From: a virus
Lineage: Duplodnaviria > Heunggongvirae > Uroviricota > Caudoviricetes
Direction: 5' to 3' (one strand)
IMG/VR virus record: IMGVR_UViG_3300023202_000102
Span: 66,700 to 130,699 of that record
DNA: 64,000 nucleotides
The number at the start of each line of letters is the position of its first letter. Position 1 is the first letter of the stretch. The notes under the pieces are model-generated. The model saw nothing but the letters and a program-made list of their open reading frames with translations. It was not told the origin of the DNA and searched no databases. This document shows positions 1 to 9,043 of the stretch, piece after piece. Position numbers and translations under genes: made by a program.

Positions 1-18
1 ACAGACAATGTCAATGAT

Positions 19-417
19 ATGTACATTGACATTCAGTACCCGTCTGATTCTTTGGAAGAGTTTGAACCTCTTGATTTTAAGAACGCTAAAGCTTTGGCTG
101 ATACTAATAAAAAACTAAAGAACGAGATCAAAGAGCTTAAAAAGAAACTGAATAAATTTCCAGCTGTTGATAAGGCTGATAAAGCTATCGATGAGATGCT
201 GGGTTCTAAACCAGAGAGCCCATCAGAAGCTAGGAAGATAGATCTTCACAAGCTAAAGAACATTGTGAAGTCCACCGTTGAGCTGAGTGATGTGTTCGTA
301 TCTGAATCTAAAGAGGACCGCAAGCTAATCCTCAGAGAACTTGAGATTCTCTGTGAGAAACCAAACTCAACAATAGATGATTTGAAAGAAATAGCTCAGT
401 TGATAGTCAATGACTAA
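19..417 (+). CDS. hypothetical protein (helical; start may lie upstream of the window)
   Basis: 132-aa ORF with coiled-coil-like composition, followed by a hairpin; no recognisable motif. Confidence 0.6.
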   Translation: MYIDIQYPSDSLEEFEPLDFKNAKALADTNKKLKNEIKELKKKLNKFPAVDKADKAIDEMLGSKPESPSEARKIDLHKLKNIVKSTVELSDVFVSESKEDRKLILRELEILCEKPNSTIDDLKEIAQLIVND

Positions 418-428
418 GAGATGAACCA

Positions 429-461
429 GAGGCCGTGCATCATGCAGATGAGCACGACCTC
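429..461. terminator. hairpin between convergent genes (candidate bidirectional terminator)
   Basis: GAGGCCGTGC...GCACGACCTC arms (one mismatch) with inner TCAT/ATGA pairing, between the stops of 19..417(+) and 470..814(-). Confidence 0.5.
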
Positions 462-469
462 ATTCAGTA

Positions 470-814
470 TTAACTCACCTCCACAAGAACCTTCTTAGGC
501 CCAGCCCGAGCTATCTTTATCTTTAGTAGGCCGTCGATAAGATCTGCAGATATCTCTTCTGGGTTTGCATCCCTTGGCAGAGTCCATGTACGAGAGACCT
601 TCTCTCGTAGACCCGTTCCGTTCTTTGCAGACACCCGAAGAGCAAGGTCAATGACCTCGATTTCTAGGTTTTCTTTGGTAAAACCAGGCAATTCAATGGT
701 AACATTGTAATTTGTATCGGTACTTTCTAGTAAGTAATCCCTGTGTGTTACAGGGTGTGTTAGAAAATGATCAAAAAAATCATCAAAAAAGTCTGTTTTT
801 GCTAGAGAATTCAT
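470..814 (-). CDS. small heat-shock protein (Hsp20/alpha-crystallin family)
   Basis: ELPGFTKENLEIEV...SRTWTLPRDANPEEISADLIDGLLKIKI matches the Hsp20 pattern; strong AAGGAGG SD upstream. Confidence 0.9.
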   Translation of the reverse strand: MNSLAKTDFFDDFFDHFLTHPVTHRDYLLESTDTNYNVTIELPGFTKENLEIEVIDLALRVSAKNGTGLREKVSRTWTLPRDANPEEISADLIDGLLKIKIARAGPKKVLVEVS

Positions 815-848
815 ATTTCCTCCTTGGGCTTTCTGCCCGTTGAATGAT

Positions 849-876
849 AAGTTAAGTACACAAAAAGCTGTGTCAA
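849..876 (-). promoter_or_regulatory. sigma70-like promoter for hsp20
   Basis: TTGACA (876-871), 16-nt spacer, TAACTT (854-849) on the minus strand, about 35 nt before the hsp20 ATG. Confidence 0.45.
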
Positions 877-894
877 TTAAAAAAAGGTAAAAAA

Positions 895-1224
895 ATGATT
901 GAAGGTTTACATTTTGATATTCAGTCTACTGAGCTGTCTGAAATTCTTCAGACCAGGATTGATCAGGCCACTAAAAAAGCAGACTTGTACGATGAACAGG
1001 CAAAGAAACAGGCCGAACTGACTAAGGAAATGGGTAAAGAGATTGAGGACATGCCTAAGATGAGCAGCGATCAGTCAAGCAATCTTGATAAAAAAGCTCA
1101 TGAGTATAGGCAGAAGGCCAAAGAGTATAAGTTTTTGAAAGAACACCTTATCAAGGATGAGGTGTATCGCCTTACAAGGCAAGAACTTAACTTCTTGGGA
1201 ATCACAAAGGATAGGTATTATTAA
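895..1224 (+). CDS. hypothetical protein
   Basis: 109-aa ORF, helical composition, A-rich leader. Confidence 0.65.
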   Translation: MIEGLHFDIQSTELSEILQTRIDQATKKADLYDEQAKKQAELTKEMGKEIEDMPKMSSDQSSNLDKKAHEYRQKAKEYKFLKEHLIKDEVYRLTRQELNFLGITKDRYY

Positions 1225-1257
1225 TAGCAACACTAAGGTTATTCACAGCCAAGAGTT

Positions 1258-1623
1258 ATGAGAGCAGATAACAAGAACAAACCCACTGGTACTCCTTGGA
1301 CACAAGATAGTGTGCGAGAGTTTATCACTGCGATTAGGCCTGAGCTGAACGCAGCTGGATTTGATCTTGCTCTGACCGGCTCTATGCTTTACCAGAAGGA
1401 AGAAGCCGGCGATCTGGATATCGTTATCTACCCAATGAATGGTTCTACATTCAATCGAGAGAAGCTGTATCTAGTATTGGATAGCCATTCAGAGCAGGAA
1501 TTTTCTCCAGGACAGCTGAAAAGAATCTGGGAGAAACGTCATCCCAAACCTATCGATTCAAAGACGGCTGAGAAGCGCAAGCTTCCTGATGGAAGATTGT
1601 TTGATGTGTTTCATCTGACTTGA
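1258..1623 (+). CDS. minimal Pol-beta-superfamily nucleotidyltransferase
   Basis: LALTGSMLYQKEEAGDLDIVI fits the hG[GS]-x9-13-DhDh motif. Confidence 0.6.
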   Translation: MRADNKNKPTGTPWTQDSVREFITAIRPELNAAGFDLALTGSMLYQKEEAGDLDIVIYPMNGSTFNREKLYLVLDSHSEQEFSPGQLKRIWEKRHPKPIDSKTAEKRKLPDGRLFDVFHLT

Positions 1624-1630
1624 TGTTACC

Positions 1631-1807
1631 ATGAAGAATGTAAAAATAGTTCCATACAAAAGTGGGTACGCTATCAAGACAAGGACCATACTGATATTTG
1701 TATGGGCGTATGCCAGATGGCAACCTGATCATGGCCCTGACGGTGACATATTAGAGTTTGATACCGAGGAAGATGCAAAGGAATGGATTGATAAGTATGG
1801 TGTTTAA
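1631..1807 (+). CDS. small hypothetical protein (58 aa, not in the ORF track)
   Basis: MKNVKIVPYKSGYAIK...FDTEEDAKEWIDKYGV*, fills the gap and its stop overlaps the helicase stop. Confidence 0.55.
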   Translation: MKNVKIVPYKSGYAIKTRTILIFVWAYARWQPDHGPDGDILEFDTEEDAKEWIDKYGV

Positions 1808-4215
1808 AGCATCAACACTAGCTTATCAGAGCTTCTCGTGATCGCTGTATAAAGCCAGCGGCGGTAGTTCTCTTCAGATACAGGCGCAGGTCTTTCATTG
1901 AACAGAATCACATTGTTCATCTGGGTGCCTTGAGAATTCCATGCTGAGAATCCATTTTGAATAAAACGAGATCCGTTTGGAACAGTTATACAGTATGTAT
2001 ACTCTTCATTTGTGTGTTCAATTTTTTCTATTTTGGTATGGTGAAAAGATAATAATTCATCTTCGGTGTTTAATCGTGTTCTAGATATGTGGCCAGCAAA
2101 TTTTGCATTTCTTCTAGTAGACGAATCACTGATCAGTGATGCGTCTTTTTTAGATATAGGAACTCTATACCTTGAAGATTCTGATAGATTTGATAGCCTA
2201 TCGTTCTTAAAAGATGAAATGAATCCAATTTTTTCTTTAAATACTTTACAGAAAGATGAGTAGATAAAAATTCTGTGATGGCCTTTCTTGTCTTTGTAGT
2301 AAGTTGATACAATTCCAAGGCCAAGGAGCATAACTCTAACCTTATCTATTATTGATTTACTTGAAGAGGAAAATTCTATATGGTCTGCCTTACCTTTTTT
2401 TATATTGACAGATCCGTCTTCAAACAATCCCTTAAGAAATTTCGCTCTAATTCTATTTCCGGATTTTATAATTATGTTTGGTATATCTTTTTTATTTGGA
2501 GACAATCCGTCAATTGATAGTAGCCATTTTTTAAGGTGTGTTGAATTAAATTCAGAAACGTACCCTCCAAGAGTAAAATATTCCTTTACCTCTATGTTGA
2601 ATAAGTTTTTGCAAAGTGTTGAAAAACGATCTCTTACATTTTCATGGCGCTTCAAAAACCTGAACCCTTTGTTATAAATACAACCGTCTCCAACCATAAG
2701 TCCAAGAAATTCCGCAAAGTCATCGTTCATAATTTTTGGTATTTCATATCTTTTAGCACGGATATCGGTTTCAACATCTTTTGGTAGGTCTATATTTTTA
2801 TTGCAAATAGGTGGTTGTAAACTTAATCTAACAAAATCTCCTATTTTAACGTCAGATAATTCAATGCGTTCGTATTTTTCAGAGCTTGAATTCCAAACAT
2901 CTATCCCATGATCTTTCGTTGCCGTTAGCGAATAATTATCTTTTGTAGTTATTTTTATTAGAATTTCTTTTTCTTTTTTGAATTTGTTTTTGTATAACTG
3001 ACTACCTATTGGTGTAAGTATATTTCCATTATCATTGATGTCAGATATTTTTTGTAGGCCATTTTCAGTTTCCACTAATGTATCTGGATGAACACATTTG
3101 TGTACCGTCATAGCGTATCCGTAATCAAATAGAAGACCGGCCTGTTTCCATGTTTTGATTTTCATTCCAAAGTTCTCAAGCTCTGAGAAAGATGAGAATG
3201 TTTTAGGATGGCCAAATTGATACTTCAACATGTTAGGAACTTCTGTTTCAAACTTCTCATAGGGAAAGTCAATCTCAGATTCCCAGAAATGATCTTCCCA
3301 CTCATCAACACCAGTCTTTAGATACCCACGAAACCCATTGTAAAGAGGTTGCTTTCTTTGGATAGAATTCCTCAAACATATTACGATGTCATTTGAAAGA
3401 GGGATGTTAGCATAAGAACCAAAGATCATAGACCTAATTAATCTGTTCATGCGTGAGCGAGTAGCATTCTTATAACATAATAAGGCTGTCTCTAATGTCT
3501 TCTTTGGATCTTGAGATTCTTTGAACACACCTTTCAGATAGTCAATACTATGAGATTGTTTAACAATACTCACATGTGAATTGTCTTGGTAACTCTTTGG
3601 TACCTTGCCATTTTCACGAACTATCATAGACAGATTAATGATTGGATTGTCTGCGGCCTGCCTGTGAATCCTCTCCAACTTGATGTGAGGATTCTCCATG
3701 AGAGAAAACCTACCTTCAATAGGTGGAAGCTGGCCATGATCTCCAACGGCTAGTATCTGAACTCCATATCTAGCCAGGTCTTTGAATATACTTTCAGACA
3801 CCATAGATGCCTCATCTAAGACAATCACATCATATGGTAATGCATCTCTCCTTATCCATGAGATAACTTCACCATCATCGTTCTCAACTGGTTGATAAAT
3901 GAGACCATGTATTGTTCCACAGTAATGTCCATCATCTGATTTGTTTTCTCTGACATTCACACCGTGGTCTATAAGCTTTCGTCCGAGAATAGACGCAGCT
4001 CGCCCAGACAAAGCGCAGAAGGCAAAACGAATAGCTTTGCCAAAGTCCTTTGCAAGCGCTGATACGAGTGTTGTTTTGCCCGTCCCGGCGAACCCTCCCA
4101 TGCTGAGCAGCAAAGGATCTTTTTGACTGTCATGTACAATACCACCCTCTGCCATCCAACGAGCAATTGTGTTGTACGCTTTCTCTTGATCTTCTGAAAA
4201 CACTATTTCTGACAT
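1804..4215 (-). CDS. RecD/Dda-like SF1B DNA helicase containing an intein
   Basis: Walker A GGFAGTGKTT, Walker B VLDEASM, GDHGQLPP, RIHRQ, YAMTVHK|SQG after intein removal, and YTAITRS; spliced product about 416 aa. Confidence 0.92.
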   Translation of the reverse strand: MSEIVFSEDQEKAYNTIARWMAEGGIVHDSQKDPLLLSMGGFAGTGKTTLVSALAKDFGKAIRFAFCALSGRAASILGRKLIDHGVNVRENKSDDGHYCGTIHGLIYQPVENDDGEVISWIRRDALPYDVIVLDEASMVSESIFKDLARYGVQILAVGDHGQLPPIEGRFSLMENPHIKLERIHRQAADNPIINLSMIVRENGKVPKSYQDNSHVSIVKQSHSIDYLKGVFKESQDPKKTLETALLCYKNATRSRMNRLIRSMIFGSYANIPLSNDIVICLRNSIQRKQPLYNGFRGYLKTGVDEWEDHFWESEIDFPYEKFETEVPNMLKYQFGHPKTFSSFSELENFGMKIKTWKQAGLLFDYGYAMTVHKCVHPDTLVETENGLQKISDINDNGNILTPIGSQLYKNKFKKEKEILIKITTKDNYSLTATKDHGIDVWNSSSEKYERIELSDVKIGDFVRLSLQPPICNKNIDLPKDVETDIRAKRYEIPKIMNDDFAEFLGLMVGDGCIYNKGFRFLKRHENVRDRFSTLCKNLFNIEVKEYFTLGGYVSEFNSTHLKKWLLSIDGLSPNKKDIPNIIIKSGNRIRAKFLKGLFEDGSVNIKKGKADHIEFSSSSKSIIDKVRVMLLGLGIVSTYYKDKKGHHRIFIYSSFCKVFKEKIGFISSFKNDRLSNLSESSRYRVPISKKDASLISDSSTRRNAKFAGHISRTRLNTEDELLSFHHTKIEKIEHTNEEYTYCITVPNGSRFIQNGFSAWNSQGTQMNNVILFNERPAPVSEENYRRWLYTAITRSSDKLVLML
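1936..3096 (-). mobile_element. intein with LAGLIDADG homing endonuclease (387 aa)
   Basis: Begins CVHPDTLVETENG; block B TKDH; LAGLIDADG helices FLGLMVGDG and FLKGLFEDG; ends FIQNGFSAWN with +1 Ser; visibly more AT-rich than the flanks. Confidence 0.93.
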
Positions 4216-4264
4216 GAACTTATTCCTGGTCGATTAGCTTTCCTCGTCTGGGAACCATATATCT

Positions 4265-5191
4265 ATGCGAAAAACACTTTCGATATTACTACTGTCTTTG
4301 ATTGGTTGTGATCCAAAGGAGCCGGAACCAAGAATTATTGAGATTCCAGATGTTCATGTTGAATCAAAGATAGACAAAGAACCTAAAGAGGTCAAAGAAA
4401 CTCTGCTGGACAGGTCTGTTCTTATCAAGAAGTATGGAGAAGTTCTCGATGCTTTCGTTGAAGAACAGCTCATGTTTGATGAGCCAATTCGCAACACTGA
4501 AGTTGGCCAAGAGGATGGAGTTTTGCGTGGTAAGTGGGCTAGTGCCTGGCGGCGTGGAGCTTGGCGCTATTCGTATCGAGGGATATGGTACTACACAAGG
4601 ACACAGGATTTCAAGCCCGCCCCTCCTCAGGTTTGTGCAGACTTCGTTATTGATACGCTTGATCGTACTGGTGGAAACTGGTGGTACAAGGATGGAACTA
4701 AACATGTTTGGAAAGGTTATCGTACTGACAACAACTCCTTTTCGGACTTTGTAAAGTCACATGATTGCGGAGTTGGTAAGGATGATGAACCGGTAGCCTG
4801 TTACCACAGAAGGGTAACGGATTTAATTTCAGTGCTTTTACAGCACCCAAAGTATTTTGAAGTCTTGTATGATAAGAAAGAGTTGGGAGCCAGAGTAGGT
4901 TCGAATATTCAGCGTTATAGTACGTTCAAGGAACTGGATGTACAGATGGGAGACATTGTATTCATTTATGGTGAGCTTCCAGGCAGGGGAAATCATTGGC
5001 ACTCCTTTGTTATCTATGGCTTTGATGAGGAGCGAGATGACTGGGAGCTTGTTGGTAATTCAGCTATCATTGCTAAGCGCTGGCTTACAACAGAAGGAAG
5101 AAGAACGCCACGCCGAAAGGTGTGGTATGTTTTCCGGCCAACAGATGAGCTACTCCACCGCATCCAAGAGAACCAACCTCTAGGAGAATGA
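4265..5191 (+). CDS. putative lipoprotein with a papain-like Cys/His pair
   Basis: Signal peptide and lipobox MRKTLSILLLSLIG-C; VCADFV and GDIVFIYG...HWHSFVI recall NlpC/P60/CHAP-type enzymes. Confidence 0.5.
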   Translation: MRKTLSILLLSLIGCDPKEPEPRIIEIPDVHVESKIDKEPKEVKETLLDRSVLIKKYGEVLDAFVEEQLMFDEPIRNTEVGQEDGVLRGKWASAWRRGAWRYSYRGIWYYTRTQDFKPAPPQVCADFVIDTLDRTGGNWWYKDGTKHVWKGYRTDNNSFSDFVKSHDCGVGKDDEPVACYHRRVTDLISVLLQHPKYFEVLYDKKELGARVGSNIQRYSTFKELDVQMGDIVFIYGELPGRGNHWHSFVIYGFDEERDDWELVGNSAIIAKRWLTTEGRRTPRRKVWYVFRPTDELLHRIQENQPLGE

Positions 5192-5192
5192 T

Positions 5193-5453
5193 ATGGTCAA
5201 AGTATTTTTACCAACAAACTTTAGGTCTTATGTAGATGGTAAAGAGTTTGTTGAGGTAAACGCTACAACAGTTAGGGAAGTTGTTGAAGAGTTAGATACC
5301 TACGGTATAAAGAAAAGGATTATAGGTAACGAAGGAATTTTGCGCTTCATAAATATCTACATTGACGATGAGGATGTAAGATTTCTTGAGGGTCTAGACA
5401 CTGAAGTCGAAGACAAAGATGTAGTTATCATGGCTGCAATTTCTGGAGGATGA
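5193..5453 (+). CDS. MoaD/ThiS/CysO-type ubiquitin-like (beta-grasp) protein
   Basis: 86 aa, RFINIYIDDEDVRFLEGLDT, C-terminal ISGG. Confidence 0.9.
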   Translation: MVKVFLPTNFRSYVDGKEFVEVNATTVREVVEELDTYGIKKRIIGNEGILRFINIYIDDEDVRFLEGLDTEVEDKDVVIMAAISGG

Positions 5454-5456
5454 TCT

Positions 5457-6254
5457 ATGTCTATGTGGAGACCCACGGAGCCTGGGTGTCTGTACGTTAT
5501 ACCAGATATACATGGTATGTACGATCAGCTTCAGCTTATCCTTAACAGAATATTACCTCTGAGAAATACAGGAGGTGTAAGAGATCATTTAATCTTTCTT
5601 GGTGACTATGTTGATAGGAACGTGGACTCACATAAAGTGATTGATCTTGTGATGGAGGTCAAGGAAAACCAACCCTCCCAGGTTACTTGTCTCAATGGTA
5701 ATCATGAGATGCTATTCTTAACAGGCATCTCTCCAACATCAAATGCTACAGAGTATTTAATGTGGATGAGGAATGGTGGAGAGCAAACCTTGCGTGGATA
5801 CTTAGATCGAGCTGGATCAAATATTGAGAATGTTTATCTACTTGATCGTAAAAGAATTCATTCATTAATTCCAAAAGAACATGTTCGTTTCATAACCTTT
5901 CTTGAAAGTTATTATGAAACAGATGATTATATCTTTGTTCATGGTGGGTGCGATCCTTTGGTTCCACTACAACAGCAAGATAGGAAGGTTCTTGCATGGG
6001 ACAGATCTATGTACTATGCGATGTGGTCAATGGCAGAGAACAAAGCGCTATGCCCATGGATGAAGACAGTTGTAACAGGACATAACACAGAGAAAACTGG
6101 TGAAACATTTTATCATGACAAGTACATGATGATAGATAGCTCTGGTGTTGAAAAGCTGAATATCTTTGAGATGCATTCAAGGAAAGGTTTCTCTGCAAGG
6201 AAGGGTAAGAAAAGACTTGTAAAGGAAAAGTTGGATGTCTGGCGAGCGCACTAA
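5457..6254 (+). CDS. metallophosphoesterase (PPP-family Ser/Thr phosphatase-like)
   Basis: DIHG, FLGDYVDR, GNHE, VHGG, VTGH motifs. Confidence 0.9.
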   Translation: MSMWRPTEPGCLYVIPDIHGMYDQLQLILNRILPLRNTGGVRDHLIFLGDYVDRNVDSHKVIDLVMEVKENQPSQVTCLNGNHEMLFLTGISPTSNATEYLMWMRNGGEQTLRGYLDRAGSNIENVYLLDRKRIHSLIPKEHVRFITFLESYYETDDYIFVHGGCDPLVPLQQQDRKVLAWDRSMYYAMWSMAENKALCPWMKTVVTGHNTEKTGETFYHDKYMMIDSSGVEKLNIFEMHSRKGFSARKGKKRLVKEKLDVWRAH

Positions 6255-6597
6255 AAGAAATTCAGAGATAACAATAAATGTTAACCTAACTCCTGATCAG
6301 ATACATTCAGCACTGATGGAATATTGTCACAACAGAGAACTACTTCCCGAGGAAGGAAGTTGGGTTGGAAGTTCTTGTAAGTTCGAAGTTACAGACAGTG
6401 TCAAGGCAGCATACCTTACCTTTGTAATAAGAGAACGGACAGTCCCTGATGATCATGAACACCCTACAGTTCTAAACAATGAGATACCCGAAGAGGAAGA
6501 GCCAATTCCACTGTGCAATCTTTGCTCTGGTAGGGGTTTTCTCTATGCCGGAGGGGATGTAACTGTTGATTGTCCAGCATGTAGGGAGTTTAGGTAA
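6235..6597 (+). CDS. hypothetical protein with C-terminal DnaJ-type Zn finger
   Basis: CNLCSGRG...CPAC at the C-terminus. Confidence 0.55.
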   Translation: MSGERTKRNSEITINVNLTPDQIHSALMEYCHNRELLPEEGSWVGSSCKFEVTDSVKAAYLTFVIRERTVPDDHEHPTVLNNEIPEEEEPIPLCNLCSGRGFLYAGGDVTVDCPACREFR

Positions 6598-6618
6598 CCA
6601 ATAACCCAACATCCATGT

Positions 6619-6804
6619 ATGTTCCACAAGTTCGCTTCCAATATTCTACAAGATATCGCAGATGAATGCATGCTGAAATCTTTTGCCTGTAAAGATGACG
6701 TACAGGCAGAGCTGTATCGAAGTGTTTCCTCACGCCTTGATTGGGTTGTATCCAAGTTAGCGGTCGAGGAAGGGTCCGAGGCTGACCAACAAGAGTATGA
6801 GTAA
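6619..6804 (+). CDS. small hypothetical protein
   Basis: 61-aa ORF whose end overlaps the topA start. Confidence 0.5.
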   Translation: MFHKFASNILQDIADECMLKSFACKDDVQAELYRSVSSRLDWVVSKLAVEEGSEADQQEYE

Positions 6805-8938
6805 TGCTCTTGTCATCGTTGAGTCACCCGGAAAAGTAAAAACCATCTCCAAAATCCTGGGGTCTAGCTATACCGTCAGACCAACAGTTGGACATATCAT
6901 TGATCTGTCCAAGGGTAGAGGTGGTGGAGACATCGGCATTGATATTCAGGACGGATTTAAGCCTCGATATGAGGTGATGCCCGATAAGAAAGATAAGATT
7001 AAGGCCATTGTTGATGCTGCAAAGACCGCAGATGTTATCTATGTAGCTTCAGATGCTGACCGTGAGGGAGAAGCCATAGCCTTTCATGTTGTTTCACAGA
7101 TTGAGAAGCTAGGTAAGCCCCTTAAGCGTATCGTTTTCAACGAGATTACCAAGGCGGCAATTGAAAAAGCCATCAAGAACCCCATTGAGTTCGACCAGAA
7201 CCTCTACGATGCACAGCAAGCACGCCGTGTGCTCGATAGAATCGTTGGGTTCATGGTAAGTCCCTACCTTTCACGGAAGTTAGGAGACAAATTGAGCGCT
7301 GGACGTGTTCAATCGGTTGCTTTACGCATGGTTGTGGACCGTGAGCGTGAGATTGAGGCGTTCGTACCGGATGTTTTCTACAACTTGAGTTGTAATTTGG
7401 CTAAAGATGATGTCAAGACCACCAAGTTCGTAGCAAAGTATCCCACCAGAGTGTCTGAAGAGGATAAAGCTAAGCTTATCAAAGAGGATTTAGAGCAAAG
7501 TACGTTCAAGGTATCGGACATTCAGGCCAAAGAGAACGTTCGTTCTGCTCCAGCACCACTTACAACAGCCGTAATGCTTCAAGAAGCCTCTACTAAGCTG
7601 AAGATGAAGGCTGATCGGACCACAAAGGCAGCCCAGGCGCTGTATGAAGCAGGCCTTGTGACGTACATCAGGACTGATTCGACCCGTAACTCACCCGAAT
7701 CTATCGCCGCACTGCGTACTTACCTTGGTAAGGAGGGGTTTGAAGTACCTTCCAAGCCCAATGAGTACTCAAATGATGACGCTGCACAGGATGCACACGA
7801 GGCAATCAGGCCTACAGACATCAATGCACTACCATCTAAGGTAGCTTTGGACGGCGATCAGGCCAAAGTATATGAGTTGGTTTGGAGATTCTTCACTGCA
7901 TCACAGATGAAACCGGCTGTGTTTGATGTGGTAAAGATTACTATAGATGCTAACAAGGGTCACAAGTTACTAGCAGAGGGTTCTATCCTACGTAAAGAGG
8001 GGTGGATGGCACTAGCTAAACCCTTTGTAAAGAAGGAGAAGGATGTAAAGCTACCTCTTTTAGAGGTGGGGGATACCGTAGTCCTGGTACCACCAGGGGT
8101 AAAGTCTGAGAAATCACAGACAAAACCACCTCCACGGTACAGTGAAGCATCTTTAGTGAAGGAGCTAAAGCGCAAGGGCATAGGGCGTCCTAGTACTTAC
8201 AACTCTATCTTAGCTAGAATTACTTCCCGGAAGTACGTTAAGAACACATCTAAGGGTTTCTATCCCACCGATCTTGGTAAGACTGTGACTGATGACCTAA
8301 AGGATATGTTCACTTTCATGGACTATATGTACACAGCAAAGATGGAGAAACAGCTAGACAAGGTAGCTGAGGGTAATATGGATTACCTCTCCATGATGAA
8401 TGAGTTTTTCGATGGTTTCAAGGTAGAGTTTCAGAAGGCCCGAGGGAACCAAGGAATGCCCACAGGGATTGAATGTCCTAAGTGTAAGGCGGATACCGTG
8501 GTTCGTAAATCTAAGTACGGGTTCTTTGCTGGTTGTGTTAAGTATCCTGATTGTAAAGGAATTGCATCGATTGATATCGTTGATGGCAAGGCCGTTCCCA
8601 AAGGACAGCAGGAAAAGATTGATGATGACGTGAAGTGTCCAGAGTGTAACTCTGGTATGGTGCCTCGTCCTGATGGAAAGTTTGGTCCGTTTTATTCATG
8701 TTCGAACTATCCCAAATGTAAAGGAAAGAGGAAGATGCCTTTCGGAAAGAAGTGTTCTAAATGTGGAGATGAATTGTATGCAACTCTAATGGGTGACAAG
8801 ATGAAGCTGGCATGTATGGGGTATCCAAAGTGCAAGCATGTCGAGAACCTTCCGGAGGGAGCCAAAGTTAATTGGCTAGATCCGAACAAGGTAACTCCAC
8901 CAAAGTATTCAAACAAGGTTGAGAAGGTTTTGAAATGA
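6797..8938 (+). CDS. topA: DNA topoisomerase I (type IA) with C-terminal Zn ribbons
   Basis: VIVESPGK, ASDADREGE Toprim, SAGRVQS, active site LVTYIRTDS, GIGRPSTY, three CxxC...C ribbons. Confidence 0.97.
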   Translation: MSNALVIVESPGKVKTISKILGSSYTVRPTVGHIIDLSKGRGGGDIGIDIQDGFKPRYEVMPDKKDKIKAIVDAAKTADVIYVASDADREGEAIAFHVVSQIEKLGKPLKRIVFNEITKAAIEKAIKNPIEFDQNLYDAQQARRVLDRIVGFMVSPYLSRKLGDKLSAGRVQSVALRMVVDREREIEAFVPDVFYNLSCNLAKDDVKTTKFVAKYPTRVSEEDKAKLIKEDLEQSTFKVSDIQAKENVRSAPAPLTTAVMLQEASTKLKMKADRTTKAAQALYEAGLVTYIRTDSTRNSPESIAALRTYLGKEGFEVPSKPNEYSNDDAAQDAHEAIRPTDINALPSKVALDGDQAKVYELVWRFFTASQMKPAVFDVVKITIDANKGHKLLAEGSILRKEGWMALAKPFVKKEKDVKLPLLEVGDTVVLVPPGVKSEKSQTKPPPRYSEASLVKELKRKGIGRPSTYNSILARITSRKYVKNTSKGFYPTDLGKTVTDDLKDMFTFMDYMYTAKMEKQLDKVAEGNMDYLSMMNEFFDGFKVEFQKARGNQGMPTGIECPKCKADTVVRKSKYGFFAGCVKYPDCKGIASIDIVDGKAVPKGQQEKIDDDVKCPECNSGMVPRPDGKFGPFYSCSNYPKCKGKRKMPFGKKCSKCGDELYATLMGDKMKLACMGYPKCKHVENLPEGAKVNWLDPNKVTPPKYSNKVEKVLK

Positions 8939-9043
8939 ACTTAAACAAACCAAAGATTGAATCATACTCTTTGTTGACAATTAAATCTCCATTAAGAAAG
9001 ACATTGAGATTTAGAAACAAAGAGGGTTTAAACCTTTCAAGGT

